Shown in pieces: positions 12,171-26,458 of a stretch of 64,000 bases of DNA. Origin of the DNA: Eledone cirrhosa (lineage: Eukaryota); NCBI GenBank assembly GCA_964016885.1, contig OZ024763.1, positions 10,726,001-10,790,000 of the forward strand, read 5' to 3'. Position 1 is the first letter of the stretch. Each line of letters starts with the position of its first letter. The translations under genes and the position numbers were made by a program. Below the pieces are notes generated by a model. That model saw only the letters and a program-made list of their open reading frames with translations, was not told where the DNA came from and searched no databases.

Positions 12171-12703
12171 CTAGCAGTGGTACCCGGCGTTGCAAGGGAT
12201 AAGGTATTGTGAAATATATAACTGCCTTAGCTAAGCTTAGTATTGCCACAACCACGGCTGGCAAAGAAGTAAGGGTCTGGTGGTACGTAAGTAAGCAACA
12301 CTGTGGCTTAAAACGTGAGGAAGAAGTTGTGTGCACTTACCAACTGTTTGGGGAATGAGTGTGAGATTTTTCTTGAGCAAGGGTGGCATAATAACCGGAG
12401 GCAGCAGACAGCCAGACATACAGACAGATATTATAAGGGCGCAACGTTATATTTATGTATCTATCTAAAAAGAGAAAGACTAAGAATTATAGAGAGAGAT
12501 CGCTAAATCGCCTAATGCGGTCCCATTGAAAATTTGAAATTTTTTTTTGCTCAGAACACTCCCTGAAACAAGTATTACATGTGTAAAGTTTGAAAACAGT
12601 TGGTTGGGTGCTTCTCTAGTTTTAGGGATTCAAACTCACACACAGACAGACAGACATCCTCCACACACAGACAGACAGACATCCTCAGTTTTATATATAT
12701 TGA
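12171..12703 (-). mobile_element. Non-autonomous Helitron
   Basis: On the minus strand it starts A|TCAATATATATAAAAC with a (CTGT)n tract and ends ...gcaacgccgggtaccactgCTAG|T. There is no target-site duplication. Confidence 0.7.
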
Positions 12704-12808
12704 TAATTTTACAATTTATTTTGTACACCTAGTATCACCTATATCACTTATAATATACTTAAATAAATATACATATGACATCCTGAAGATGATTCCGTGA
12801 CAGTTTAA

Positions 12809-13102
<294 letters not shown>

Positions 13103-13378
13103 ATCTACAAAATAAATTGTAAAATTATAATATTATAAAATTAAATTAAATTGTTTAGAACTACAAGTGAAGTCATTCTTTTCCTTTTTTTAAATATACC
13201 TAACTGTACCAAGGTTTTCACACATTTTCCAATATATATATATATTCATCATTTTCCAATATATATATAAACGGAAAAAATGAAACGAAATTTCATTTCT
13301 CACTCTTAGTACGGCTGTTACTTAAATATAAGTATGTATACGTACATACATATTTGTATACAGACGTACAGTAGTATG

Positions 13379-13420
<42 letters not shown>

Positions 13421-13666
13421 CATGCACACATATATATGTACGTATGGATTCACCGAACATTTATTATAATGCTCGGTGTGTTTGTAAACAAACATCCCGA
13501 ATTAAGCCGTACAGTGTCTAGCAACCATCGTTGCTCATTTGTTCAACACTGACAAAGGAACGATGTACTAGTTTCAAGTCTGAAACGACGTTCAACCATC
13601 TGGCAGGGAGGTATACGTTGCTGACGATAGCTAATAAGCTTGAATATTTGGTTAAGAGGGCCCTAC

Positions 13667-13925
13667 TGACTGTAGGTTAACTTTGTATGTAGGGAAGGCG
13701 GATCTTCTGTATTACTGCGTGGCACCAAAGATCTCGATCCAGTGACATTGTCTTAGAGAGATGTAAGTGTGCAAAGTCAGATTTTATCATGTCCCAGGTT
13801 TTTCTGGGTCTACCTACTCCGTAACTTCCATCAATTTTGATCGCCCTGCACTTTTTTATACAGCTGTCGTCTTTCATGACAACTGTATAAAAAAGTGCAG
13901 GGTGATAGAAATTGATGGAAGCTAT
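13667..13925 (-). mobile_element. RTE LINE 3' fragment
   Basis: MKDDSCIKKCRAIKIDGSYGVGRPRKTW. It is closely similar to the reverse complement of 44385-44605. Confidence 0.8.
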
Positions 13926-14334
13926 ATGTGTATATATATATATATGTATATACATTTCTCCCAAATGAAACAGTTCTAGTCCTGTAGAAGCCATTTCTAT
14001 ATTAAATATTTATACTCTGCTATGTATTGAGTACGTTACTTACTGTGGTTACCCCCGATTGAACCCAGGATAAACTTATATATATATACTTACAGTTTGG
14101 GCTAGGTCTCTCGACAAAAAACATCCATTGTGATTTAAATCATAAAAGCTCCTTAAACATGGTCATTTTGTCATCTATTATATTTTTCTGTCATTGGTTG
14201 CAGTCATTAGACTGTGGCCATGCTGGGGCACTGCCATGAAAGTACTTATTTTTTACAGTCTGGTTCTTATTTTATTGATTTCTTTTTGTCTAACTGCTAA
14301 GTTATTGTTAATTATTTATCTTCTGTATTTTCAG

Positions 14335-14446
14335 AAAAGTTCGGCTTTATCCTTACATAACGGAGAAAATGAAGAGACAAGCTTTAAATGACCTCCTACG
14401 AGAACGGGACAACATCGCCATTCTTTCTAAACCATTTCTTTCAAGG
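14335..14446 (+). CDS. MRPL57: mL63 coding exon 2
   Basis: tttcag acceptor, gtaac donor, 112 nt. Encodes KVRLYPYITEKMKRQALNDLLRERDNIAILSKPFLSR, with mL63-like E..N...LS.P(Y/F). Confidence 0.88.
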
Positions 14447-14468
14447 GTAACATTGTATTTAGTTATTT

Positions 14469-14910
14469 GATGGTGATGGTGGTGGTGGTGGTGGGTGGTA
14501 GTAGTAGTGGTAGTGGTGGGTGGTAGTAGTAGTGGTAGTGGTGGTAGTAGTAGTGCTATTGGTGGTGGTGGTGGTAGTAGAAGTGGTAGTGGTGGTAGTA
14601 GTAGTGCTATTGGTGGTGGTGGTGGTGGTGGTGGTAGAGGTAGTGGTGGTAGTAGTAGTAATAGTGGTAGTGGTGGTGGTGGTGGTGGTGGTGTAGTAGT
14701 AGTGGTGGTGCTATTGGTGGTGGTGGTGGTAGAGGTAGTGGTGGTGGTAGTAGTAGTAGTGGTGGTGCTATTGGTGGTGGTAGTAGTAGTGGTATTGGTG
14801 GTGGTAGTAGTAGTGGTAGTGGTGGTAGTAGTAGTGGTATTGGTGGTGGTAGTAGTAGTGGTAGTGGTGGTAGTAGTAGTGCTATTGGTGGTGGTGGTGG
14901 TGTAGTAGTG
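14469..14910 (+). repeat. (GGT/AGT)n compound trinucleotide microsatellite
   Basis: Direct reading. A similar tract is at 46138-46503. Confidence 0.95.
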
Positions 14911-15061
14911 CTCTTGATGCCAAAATCAGTTCTGTGTGAGTGAAACACGGTCCTTCGACCTGGATCTCTCATAACGAGACAGCCTGTCCTACCCATGCTA
15001 GCGTGGAAAATGGACATTAAACGATGATCATCATCATTTAATGTCATTGCTGGCAAGGGTT

Positions 15062-18000
15062 GGACAGGTCTACATAGACCATGTCAGTACTGAAGTGAGA
15101 CTACTGATGTCCTTATCAGGTCTACATAGACCATGTCAGTACTGAAGTGGGGTTACTGATGTCCTTATCAGGTCTACATAGACCATGTCAGTACTGAAGT
15201 GGGACTACTGAAGTCCTAGACAGGTCTACATAGACCATGTCAGTACTGAAGTGAGACTACTGATGTCCTAGACAGGTCTACATAGACCATGTCAGTACTG
15301 AAGTGAGACTACTGATGTCCTAGACAGGCCTACATAGACCATGTCAGTACTGATGTCCTAGACAGGCCTACATAGACCATGTCAGTACTGAAGTGGGACT
15401 ACTGATGTCCTAGACAGGTCTACATAGACCATGTCAGTACTGAAGGGGGACTACTGATGTCCTAGACAGGTCTACATAGACCATGTCAGTACTGAAGTGA
15501 GACTACTGATGTCCTAGACAGGTCTACATAGACCATGTCAGTACTGAAGGGGGACTACTGATGTCCTAGACAGGTCTACATAGACCATGTCAGTACTGAA
15601 GTGAGACTACTGATGTCCTAGACAGGTCTACATAGACCATGTCAGTACTGAAGTGAGACTACTGATGTCCTAGACAGGTCTACATAGACCATGTCAGTAC
15701 TGAAGTGAGACTACTGATGTCCTAGACAGGTCTACATAGACCATGTCAGTACTGAAGTGAGACTACTGATGTCCTAGACAGGTCTACATAGACCATGTCA
15801 GTACTGAAGTGGGAATACTGATGTCCTAGACAGGTCTACATAGACCATGTCAGTACTGAAGTGGGACTACTGATGTCCTAGACTGGTCTACATAGACCAT
15901 GTCAGTACTGAAGTGAGACTACTGATGTCCTAGACAGGTCTACATAGACCATGTCAGTACTGAAGTGAGACTACTGATGTCCTAGACAGGTCTACATAGA
16001 CCATGTCAGTACTGAAGTGGGACTACTGATGTCCTAGACAGGTCTACATAGACCATGTCAGTACTGAAGTGGGGTTACTGATGTCCTAGACAAGCCTACA
16101 TAGACCATGTCAGTACTGAAGTGGGACTACTGATGTCCTAGACTGGCCTACATAGACCATGTCAGTACTGAAGTGGGACTACTGATGTCCTAGACAGGTC
16201 TACATAGACCATGTCAGTACTGAAGTGGGGTTACTGATGTCCTAGACAAGCCTACATAGACCATGTCAGTACTGAAGTGGGACTACTGATGTCCTAGACT
16301 GGCCTACATAGACCATGTCAGTACTGAAGTGAGACTACTGATGTCCTAGACAGGCCTACATAGACCATGTCAGTACTGAAGTGGGACTACTGATGTCCTA
16401 GACAGGTCTACATAAACCATGTCAGTACTGAAGTGAGACTACTGATGTCCTAGACAGGTCTACATAGACCATGTCAGTACTGAAGTGAGACTACTGATGT
16501 CCTAGACAGGTCTACATAGACCATGTCAGTACTGAAGTGAGATTACTGATGTCCTAGACAGGCCTACATAGATCATGTCAGTACTGAAGTGGGACTACTG
16601 ATGTCCTAGACAGGTCTACATAGACCATGTCAGTACTGAAGTGAGACTACTGATGTCCTAGACAGGTCTACATAGACCATGTCAGTACTGAAGTGAGACT
16701 ACTGATGTCCTAGACAGGCCTACATAGACCATGTCAGTACTGAAGTGAGACTACTGATGTCCTAGACAGGTCTACATAGACCATGTCAGTACTGAAGTGA
16801 GACTACTGATGTCCTAGACAGGCCTACATAGACCATGTCAGTACTGAAGTGAGACTACTGATGTCCTAGACAGGCCTACATAGACCATGTCAGTACTGAA
16901 GTGAGACTACTGATGTCCTAGACAGGTCTACATAGACCATGTCAGTACTGAAGTGAGACTACTGATGTCCTAGAGAGGTCTACATAGACCATGTCAGTAC
17001 TGAAGTGAGACTACTGATGTCCTAGACAGGTCTACATAGACCATGTCAGTACTGAAGGGGGACTACTGATGTCCTAGACAGGTCTACATAGACCATGTCA
17101 GTACTGAAGTGAGACTACTGATGTCCTAGACAGGTCTACATAGACCATGTCAGTACTGAAGGGGGACTACTGATGTCCTAGACAGGTCTACATAGACCAT
17201 GTCAGTACTGAAGTGAGACTACTGATGTCCTAGACAGGTCTACATAGACCATGTCAGTACTGAAGTGAGACTACTGATGTCCTAGACAGGTCTACATAGA
17301 CCATGTCAGTACTGAAGTGAGACTACTGATGTCCTAGACAGGTCTACATAGACCATGTCAGTACTGAAGTGAGACTACTGATGTCCTAGAGAGGTCTACA
17401 TAGACCATGTCAGTACTGAAGTGGGACTACTGATGTCCTAGACAGGTCTACATAGACCATGTCAGTACTGAAGTGGAGTTACTGATGTCCTAGACAGGTC
17501 TACATAGACCATGTCAGTACTGAAGTGGGGTTACTGATGTCCTTATCAGGTCTACATAGACCATGTCAGTACTGAAGTGGGACTACTGATGTCCTAGACA
17601 GGCCTACATAGACCATGTCAGTACTGAAGTGGGACTACTGATGTCCTAGACAGGTCTACATAGACCATGTCAGTACTGAAGTGAGACTACTGATGTCCTA
17701 GACAGGTCTACAGAGACCATGTCAGTACTGAAGTGAGACTACTGATGTCCTAGACAGGTCTACATAGACCATGTCAGTACTGAAGTGGGACTACTGATGT
17801 CCTAGACTGGTCTACATAGACCATGTCAGTACTGAAGTGAGACTACTGATGTCCTAGACAGGTCTACATAGACCATGTCAGTACTGAAGTGGGGTTACTG
17901 ATGTCCTAGACAGGTCTACATAGACCATGTCAGTACTGAAGTGAGACTACTGATGTCCTAGACAGGCCTACATAGACCATGTCAGTACTGAAGTGAGACT

Positions 18001-21000
18001 ACTGATGTCCTAGACAGGTCTACATAGACCATGTCAGTACTGAAGTGGGGTTACTGATGTCCTAGAGAGGTCTACAGAGACCATGTCAGTACTGAAGTGG
18101 GACTACTGATGTCCTAGACAGGTCTACATAGACCATGTCAGTACTGAAGTGGAGTTACTGATGTCCTAGACAGGTCCACATAGACCATGTCAGTACTGAA
18201 GTGGGGTTACTGATGTCCTAGAGAGGTCTACAGAGACCATGTCAGTACTGAAGTGGGACTACTGATGTCCTAGACAGGTCTACATAGACCATGTCAGTAC
18301 TGAAGTGGAGTTACTGATGTCCTAGACAGGTCTACATAGACCATGTCAGTACTGAAGTGGGGTTACTGATGTCCTAGAGAGGTCTACAGAGACCATGTCA
18401 GTACTGAAGTGGGACTACTGATGTCCTAGACAGGTCTACATAGACCATGTCAGTACTCAAATAGGACTACTGATGTCCTAGACAGGTCTATATAGACCAT
18501 GTCAGTACTGAAGTGGGACTACTGATGTCCTAGACAGGTCTACATAGACCATGTCAGTACTGAAATGGGACTACTGATGTCCTAGACAGGTCTATATAGA
18601 CCATGTCAGTACTGAAGTGGGACTACTGATGTCCTAGACAGGTCTACATAGACCATGTCAGTACTGAAATGGGACTACTGATGTCCTAGACAGGTCTATA
18701 TAGACCATGTCAGTACTGAAGTGGGACTACTGATGTCCTAGACAGGTCTACATAGACCATGTCAGTACTGAAATGGGACTACTGATGTCCTAGACAGGTC
18801 TACATAGACCATGTCAGTACTGAAGTGGGACTACTGATGTCCTAGACAGGTCTACATAGACCATGTCAGTACTGAAGTGGAGTTACTGATGTCCTAGACA
18901 GGTCTACATAGACCATGTCAGTACTGAAGTGGGACTACTGATGTCCTAGACAGGTCTACATAGACCATGTCAGTACTGAAATGGGACTACTGATGTCCTA
19001 GACAGGTCTATATAGACCATGTCAGTACTGAAGTGGGACTACTGATGTCCTAGACAGGTCTACATAGACCATGTCAGTACTGAAATGGGACTACTGATGT
19101 CCTAGACAGGTCTACATAGACCATGTCAGTACTGAAGTGGGACTACTGATGTCCTAGACAGGTCTACATAGACCATGTCAGTACTGAAGTGGAGTTACTG
19201 ATGTCCTAGACAGGTCTACATAGACCATGTCAGTACTGAAGTGGAGTTACTGATGTCCTAGACAGGTCTACATAGACCATGTCAGTACTGAAGTGGGGTT
19301 ACTGATGTCCTAGACAGGTCTACATAGACCATGTCACTACTGAAGTGAGACTACTGATGTCCTAGACAGGTCTACATAGACCATGTCAGCACTGAAGTGG
19401 AGTTATTGATGTCCTAGACAGGTCTACATAGACCATGTCACTACTGAAGTGAGACTACTGATGTCCTAGACAGGTCTACATAGACCATGTCAGCACTGAA
19501 GTGGAGTTATTGATGTCCTAGACAGGTCTACATAGACCATGTCAGTACTGAAGTGGAGTTACTGATGTCCTAGACAGGTCTACATAGACCATGTCAGTAC
19601 TGAAGTGGGGTTACTGATGTCCTAGACAGGTCTACATAGACCATGTCAGTACTGAAGTGGAGTTACTGATGTCCTAGACAGGTCTACATAGACCATGTCA
19701 GTACTGAAGTGGGGTTACTGATGTCCTAGACAGGCCTACATAGACCATGTCAGTACTGAAGTGAGACTACTGATGTCCTAGACAGGTCTACATAGACCAT
19801 GTCAGTACTGAAGTGGGGTTACTGATGTCCTAGACAGGTCTACATAGACCATGTCAGTACTGAAGTGGGACTACTGATGTCCTAGACAGGTCTACATAGA
19901 CCATGTCAGTACTGAAGTGAGACTACTGATGTCCTAGACAGGTCTACATAGACCATGTCAGTACTGAAGTGGAGTTACTGATGTCCTAGACAGGTCTACA
20001 TAGACCATGTCAGTACTGAAGTGGGGTTACTGATGTCCTAGACAGGCCTACATAGACCATGTCAGTACTGAAGTGAGACTACTGATGTCCTAGACAGGCC
20101 TACATAGACCATGTCAGTACTGAAGTGAGACTACTGAAGTCCTAGACAGGCCTACATAGACCATGTCAGTACTGAAGTGAGACTACTGATGTCCTAGACA
20201 GGCCTACATAGACCATGTCAGTACTGAAGTGAGACTACTGATGTCCTAGACAGGCCTACATAGACCATGTCAGTACTGAAGTGAGACTACTGAAGTCCTA
20301 GACAGGCCTACATAGACCATGTCAGTACTGAAGTGGGGTTACTGATGTCCTAGACAGGTCTACATAGACCATGTCAGTACTGAAGTGGGACTACTGATGT
20401 CCTAGACAGGTCTACATAGACCATGTCAGTACTGAAGTGAGACTACTGATGTCCTAGACAGGCCTACATAGACCATGTCAGTACTGAAGTGGGACTACTG
20501 ATGTCCTAGACAGGCCTACATAGACCATGTCAGTACTGAAGTGGGACTACTGATGTCCTAGACAGGTCTACATAGACCATATCAGTACTGAAGTGGGACT
20601 ACTGATGTCCTAGACAGGTCTACATAGACCATGTCAGTACTGAAGTGAGACTACTGATGTCCTAGACAGGTCTACATAGACCATGTCAGTACTGAAGTGA
20701 GACTACTGATGTCCTAGACAGGCCTACATAGACCATGTCAGTACTGAAGTGGGACTACTGATGTCCTAGGCCTACATAGACCATGTCAGTACTGAAGTGG
20801 GACTACTGATGTCCTAGACAGGTCTACATAGACCATGTCAGTACTGAAGTGGGACTACTGATGTCCTAGACAGGTCTACATAGACCATGTCAGTACTGAA
20901 ATGGGACTACTGATGTCCTAGACAGGTCTACATAGACCATGTCAGTACTGAAGTGGGGTTACTGATGTCCTAGACAGGTCTACATAGACCATGTCAGTAC

Positions 21001-21388
21001 TGAAGTGGAGTTTCTGATGTCCTAGACAGGTCTACATAGACCATGTCAGTACTGAAATGGGACTACTGATGTCCTAGACAGGTCTACATAGACCATGTCA
21101 GTACTGAAGTGGGGTTACTGATGTCCTAGACAGGCCTACATAGACCATGTCAGTACTGAAGTGGGACTACTGATGTCCTAGACAGGTCTACATAGACCAT
21201 GTCAGTACTGAAGTGAGACTACTGATGTCCTAGACAGGCCTACATAGACCATGTCAGTACTGAAGTGGGACTACTGATGTCCTAGACAGGTCTACATAGA
21301 CCATGTCAGTACTGAAGTGGGACTACTGATGTCCTAGACAGGCCTACATAGACCATGTCAGTACTGTAGTGGGGTTACTGATGTCCCA
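15062..21388 (+). repeat. 52-bp satellite, ~120 copies, in MRPL57 intron 2
   Basis: Unit gacaggtctacatagaccatgtcagtactgaagtgagactactgatgtccta, with a few recurrent variants. Confidence 0.97.
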
Positions 21389-22329
21389 GATAAGCCGAGG
21401 AGGTCTGTATCCTACTTATGTATGGTCATTATGGAGTGGAGAGAAGTTGTGTCTTTTGCCACAAACTGAAGGGTCCTTCTAACCCTTTGTTTGTCAAGCT
21501 TTCTACAGCTGGATGCCCTTCCTAACATATGAGAGCATGTCTGAGTTAGAATATGCTGATGTTTGAACATTTTGAAAATAGAATTAGAATCTCTCATTGT
21601 AATAGTCTAATATTTCGGGATATGGATCCCCATAATGGAAAATATGGGCATTAACATGCATAGGAATCAAACCCACACATCTTGATGCTAATTTTTTTCA
21701 TTATGGGGTTCATATACCCTAAAATTAGATTTTTTTCTATAGTCAATTTACAGTGTAAGCTTCTAATTCTATTTTGAATATATATATTTATTATAAGAAC
21801 AGATTAAAGTTTAAGCAAAGAATCGCTGCCTCCACCCTTAACGTAATTATCCTCATATTTTTTAGTCCATTACCAGAGAATGTCTTCACGAACCAACAGA
21901 TCGTCTTCCTGTTTTCCTTAAGTTGTAACGTTTTTTGAAATATCTACTTCTGCGTGCACAGATTGATTTTTTTTCAGTTTCAGAAGATCCCATTAAGGGT
22001 GAAAGCAGCGTTTCTTGGCTTAGACTTTAATCAGTTCTTATAATAAATATTTACTCTACGGGTTTTTATGTTTATATTTATTTTATATATATATAATCCT
22101 TATGGAGCCCCCTTCAGATTTTAGTCTTCACATTTATTATTACTATATATATATAGTTCAAGGAAACAACAAATAGAGGTACAAAAAGTCTTGTTAGTTT
22201 CATGGAAAAGGGGAAAGAAATGAGGCAAGCATGCTTCGAAGGAAGTGTAGTGTTAATGTGCAAGAATGACAAAGTATATATTAATATGTATATATATTTA
22301 AAGTATGATTTTGCTCAATATTTCTCTAG

Positions 22330-22473
22330 GAGGAAGAATTCAAGTGTGCATCAACTCGGAGAAGTGAAAAAGTTGCAGTGTTCTTTGCTGCCAAACGAGG
22401 TGCTAAATGGCTGAAACATGTTGTTGCTGAAGATTGTCTAAAATCTCTGAATGTTAGTAAAAAATGGGAATAA
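22330..22473 (+). CDS. MRPL57: mL63 coding exon 3 (last)
   Basis: tctctag acceptor. Encodes EEEFKCASTRRSEKVAVFFAAKRGAKWLKHVVAEDCLKSLNVSKKWE*, with the mL63 C-terminal L..LNV.KKW motif. The spliced CDS is 324 nt, 107 aa. Confidence 0.9.
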   Translation, partial: EEEFKCASTRRSEKVAVFFAAKRGAKWLKHVVAEDCLKSLNVSKKWE

Positions 22474-22868
22474 ATGTATATTTATATATATATTTAGTTT
22501 TACATGTTTTTATTGTTGTTATTCATGTTGTTGTTATTGGTGTTATTCACTTGCATGTCCATCTTGGGCTATTTTGCTTTGTTTTATATCTTATATCTCT
22601 TCAACGCAGTATATATCTAACCCATGCTCGCGTGGAAGATGCCAAATCTTCGATTTCAATACCAGAATCTCTGGAGATGACATCGGGATAGGAGAGCTTG
22701 TGAAACCCTGTTATTAGTGACTGCTTGTGGTTTTCACAGCCTCAGAGGTGGCACGATGGCAGTGGCCAGTAAATCTTACTCTCCTTTTACGTACAACGAC
22801 AGATATGTGTGGGAGGTCGGCATATATTTCTTACAAAGTCAGATGTCGCCAGCTTATGTTCTGAATGC

Positions 22869-24326
22869 GTGACACTGGAAGTATTTAGAACAAATTCAAT
22901 GATATATATAATATACGAGGGTAGGCTGACCAAGATACTCTCATGGAATGGACCAAATGAGGTTTATTTTTCAACATGCAAGATTGCACAGCTCTAGCAT
23001 CACTCCTTCATAGGCTGACCAAGATACTCTCATGGAATGACCAAATGAGGTTTATTTTTCAACATGCAAGATTGCACAGCTCTAGCATCACTCCTTCATA
23101 GGCTGACCAAAATACTCTCATGGAATGACCAAATGTGGTTTATTTTTCAACATGCCAGATTTCACAGCTCTAGCATCACCCCCTTCAGAGGCTGATCGAG
23201 ATACTCTCATGAAATGACCAAATGAGGTTTATTTTTCCACATGCAAGATTGCAGAGCTCTAGCATCATTCCTTCATAGGCTGACCAAGAAACTCTCACGG
23301 AATGACCAAATGAGGTTTATTTTTCAACATGCAAGATTGCACAGCTCTAGCATCACTCCTTCATAGTTGGCCTATGAACTTTTAAGCCTACCTTCGTATA
23401 TGCAAACAATGTATTTATTTAATATACAAATAATTACTAAGAAATTCGAAATAATTTTTGCACCCATTCTTGAGATTTCGGCTCGGACAAATTTAAGGAA
23501 CTGATGTCGCTAAATCGCCAAATCATTTACCTGCCCCGTTGCATCATGGGAGGGTAATGGCTGCCTTTTATCTTTCAAAAACCATGGCAGTCTTTTTAAT
23601 ATCTGTCTCGCCAAAATGTTTTAATTATTTACTTATATGAAACAAGGAACAAGATGCTGCGAAAGAAACTAAAGAATCTGCCATCGTTTAAAAAATAAAA
23701 GGCAGCCATTACCCTCCCATGAGGCAACGGGGCAGGTAAATGATTTGGCGATTTAGCGACATCAGTTCCTTAAATTTCTCCGAGCCGAAATCTCAAGAAC
23801 AATAACTCTGTCTTTACTTAATCGCAAAAATGGGTGCAAAAATTATTTCGAATTTCTTTAACTATTGACACAATTGTTGCATGAATTAAAAACTGAATTT
23901 AAAGTATTTTTTGTACATTTTTTAACTGTAGCAATAGTAATTATTTGTATATTAAATAAACACATTGTTTACATATACGAAGGTAGGCTGAAAAGTTCAT
24001 AGGCTCACTATGAAGGAGTGATGCTAGGGTGTGAAATCTTGCATGTTGAAAAATAAACCTCATTTGGTCATTCCATGAGAGTATCTTGGTCAGCCTACGA
24101 AGGAGTGATACTAGAGCTGTGAAATCTTGCATGTTGAAAAATAAACCTTATTTGGTCATTCCATGAGAGTATCTTGGTCAGCCTATGAAGGAGTGATGCT
24201 AGAGCTGTGAAATCTTGCATGTTGAAAAATAAACCTCATTTGGTCATTCCATGAGAGTATCTTGGTCAGCCTACCCTCGTATATTATATATATCATTGAA
24301 TTTGTTCTAAATACTTCCAGTGTCAC
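22869..24326. mobile_element. ~1.46-kb fold-back built from two inverted mariner-type MITEs with internal 88-bp tandem repeats
   Basis: TA-flanked tacgagggtaggctga termini, 88-bp units in opposite orientation, and a palindromic central spacer. Confidence 0.75.
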
Positions 24327-24987
24327 TACTCTGTGATTTGAGGGATATTTAGTCGCCATTTCTTGTATTTTTAACCATTGAAGAGGGTTTTCATCAGTTT
24401 TGTATGGTATTATAGGGTAAACTGTTGATTATGGCATATATTTGAGGGTTGTTTAACCACTAAAACTATCATTATTTATAATATTACAGTGGCTGCCATT
24501 TCTAGCATTCAGTAGACTCTTCGTTTTGTTGTCTTTCATCTAAGGGAAACAACTCATTCAACTTACTATTTTGTAAAATCATACTTTTCACTTTACTAAG
24601 TTGCTTTCTTGATAACTTTCACAATTGTACAGATTATTAATTGAGATTTTGTAGGGATACTTTAAGGTCGCAGAAGTTGATGATTTTTCTAATCGACTAA
24701 CACTGATTTTTCTGAAGTCAGTGTTACGCGTTTTGTTTGCATATTGAGACCCACATAATACACACACGCACACACACACATATAAATGCGTATATATATA
24801 CATTAACATATATATATATAGATATATATACATATATATATATATATAAAGTCATAAATATATATGTGTTTGGCAACGGGTCACTTTGTGGCTCAATGAA
24901 GAATTAATAAATTAAATAATCAGAACTATATATCATAAAACATGGCTATAGAATCGTTTTTTACATATATATATATATATATATATA

Positions 24988-25595
24988 TGGTGGCTGCCAA
25001 CTCGTTTTCGAGTACGGCCACTACTTTATATCCATGTAGGAGAACTCCTACCGATGCGCTGAACGAGAGTGACTTTTTAGTCCAGCCAGCGACTTGAAAA
25101 CTCTGGTACAAACACTACACTTGTGACAATTATTGACACATAGTGCTGGGCCCATGGTACCATGTGACGACAAGTGCAGAGAGATCTCCAGATATAAAGC
25201 AATGTCTGCCGTGAAGCTTTTATAGTGAGCAAAGGCACTGCACAAAGCCAGTCCCACTCTCTTAACCAAGATGATATTTACAAAAAAGAAAAAACAAGTC
25301 AACATCATTGGATACCATCAGGGTTGTAGGTGTGATATAAGAGTTTTCCTTCTCCTAGAATTCTGCCTTAACAAAGGCTAAGGGGTCATCTCTCCCGGTG
25401 ATTTTGGATGGCCATTGACTCTTAAGAGCTCCTTTGCCCTTTGACAGGTTTTGTTTTTATTCCTGCAGGATGTCCAAAGTCACCCTCCTCACCAAGAAAC
25501 CTTGGTGGGGCTGCCAGTTTAGTCGCCAATGACCCGACCTTGAGACAGGTTGTACTGGGATACATGTTACCAGTAGCACCAACTGGTGACCTGAC
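24988..25595 (-). mobile_element. Short non-autonomous RTE derivative (5'UTR + last C2H2 finger + 3' tail)
   Basis: Encodes [22 protein letters not shown]. The tail ggccgtactcgaaaacgagttggcagccacca matches the full RTE tail, and the UTR segment matches 30890-31065. Confidence 0.75.
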
Positions 25596-26379
25596 ATATA
25601 TACATACGTATATATATACATACATATATATATATATACATACACATATATATATACATACATATATATATATACATACATATATATATATACATACATA
25701 TATATATATACATACATATATATATATACATACATATATATATACATACATATATATATATATACATACATATATATATATATACATACATATATATATA
25801 CATACATATATATATATATACATACATACATATATATATACATACATATATATATACATACATATATATATATATACATACATATATATATATATACATA
25901 CATATATATATATATACATATATATATACATACATATATATATACATATATATATACATACATATATATATACATACATATATATATATACATACATATA
26001 TATATACATACATATATATATACATACATATATATATACATACATATATATATATACATACATATATATATATATACATACATATATACATACATATATA
26101 TATACATACATATATATATATACATATATATATATATACATACATATATATATATACATACATACATATATATATACATACATATATATATACATACATA
26201 TATATATACATACATATATATATACATACATATATATATACATACATACATATATATATACATACATATATATATACATACATATATATATACATACATA
26301 TATATATACATACATATATATATACATACATACATATATATATATACATACATATATATATACATACATATATATATAC

Positions 26380-26458
<79 letters not shown>

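Noticed and set aside
14495-15056. Poly-V/G/P/H ORFs (also 46077-46553)
   Set aside because: They are trinucleotide microsatellite translations.
15062-21388. CRISPR-like regular array with palindromic repeats
   Set aside because: There are no unique spacers and no cas genes, and the context is a eukaryotic intron. The ctgatgt motif also lacks a GAAA partner for a hammerhead.
25500-25595. HDV-like or twister ribozyme fold at the RTE-derivative 5' end
   Set aside because: I could not place P1/P3/L3 in HDV order, nor the twister core, by eye. It is retained only as an unclassified structure.
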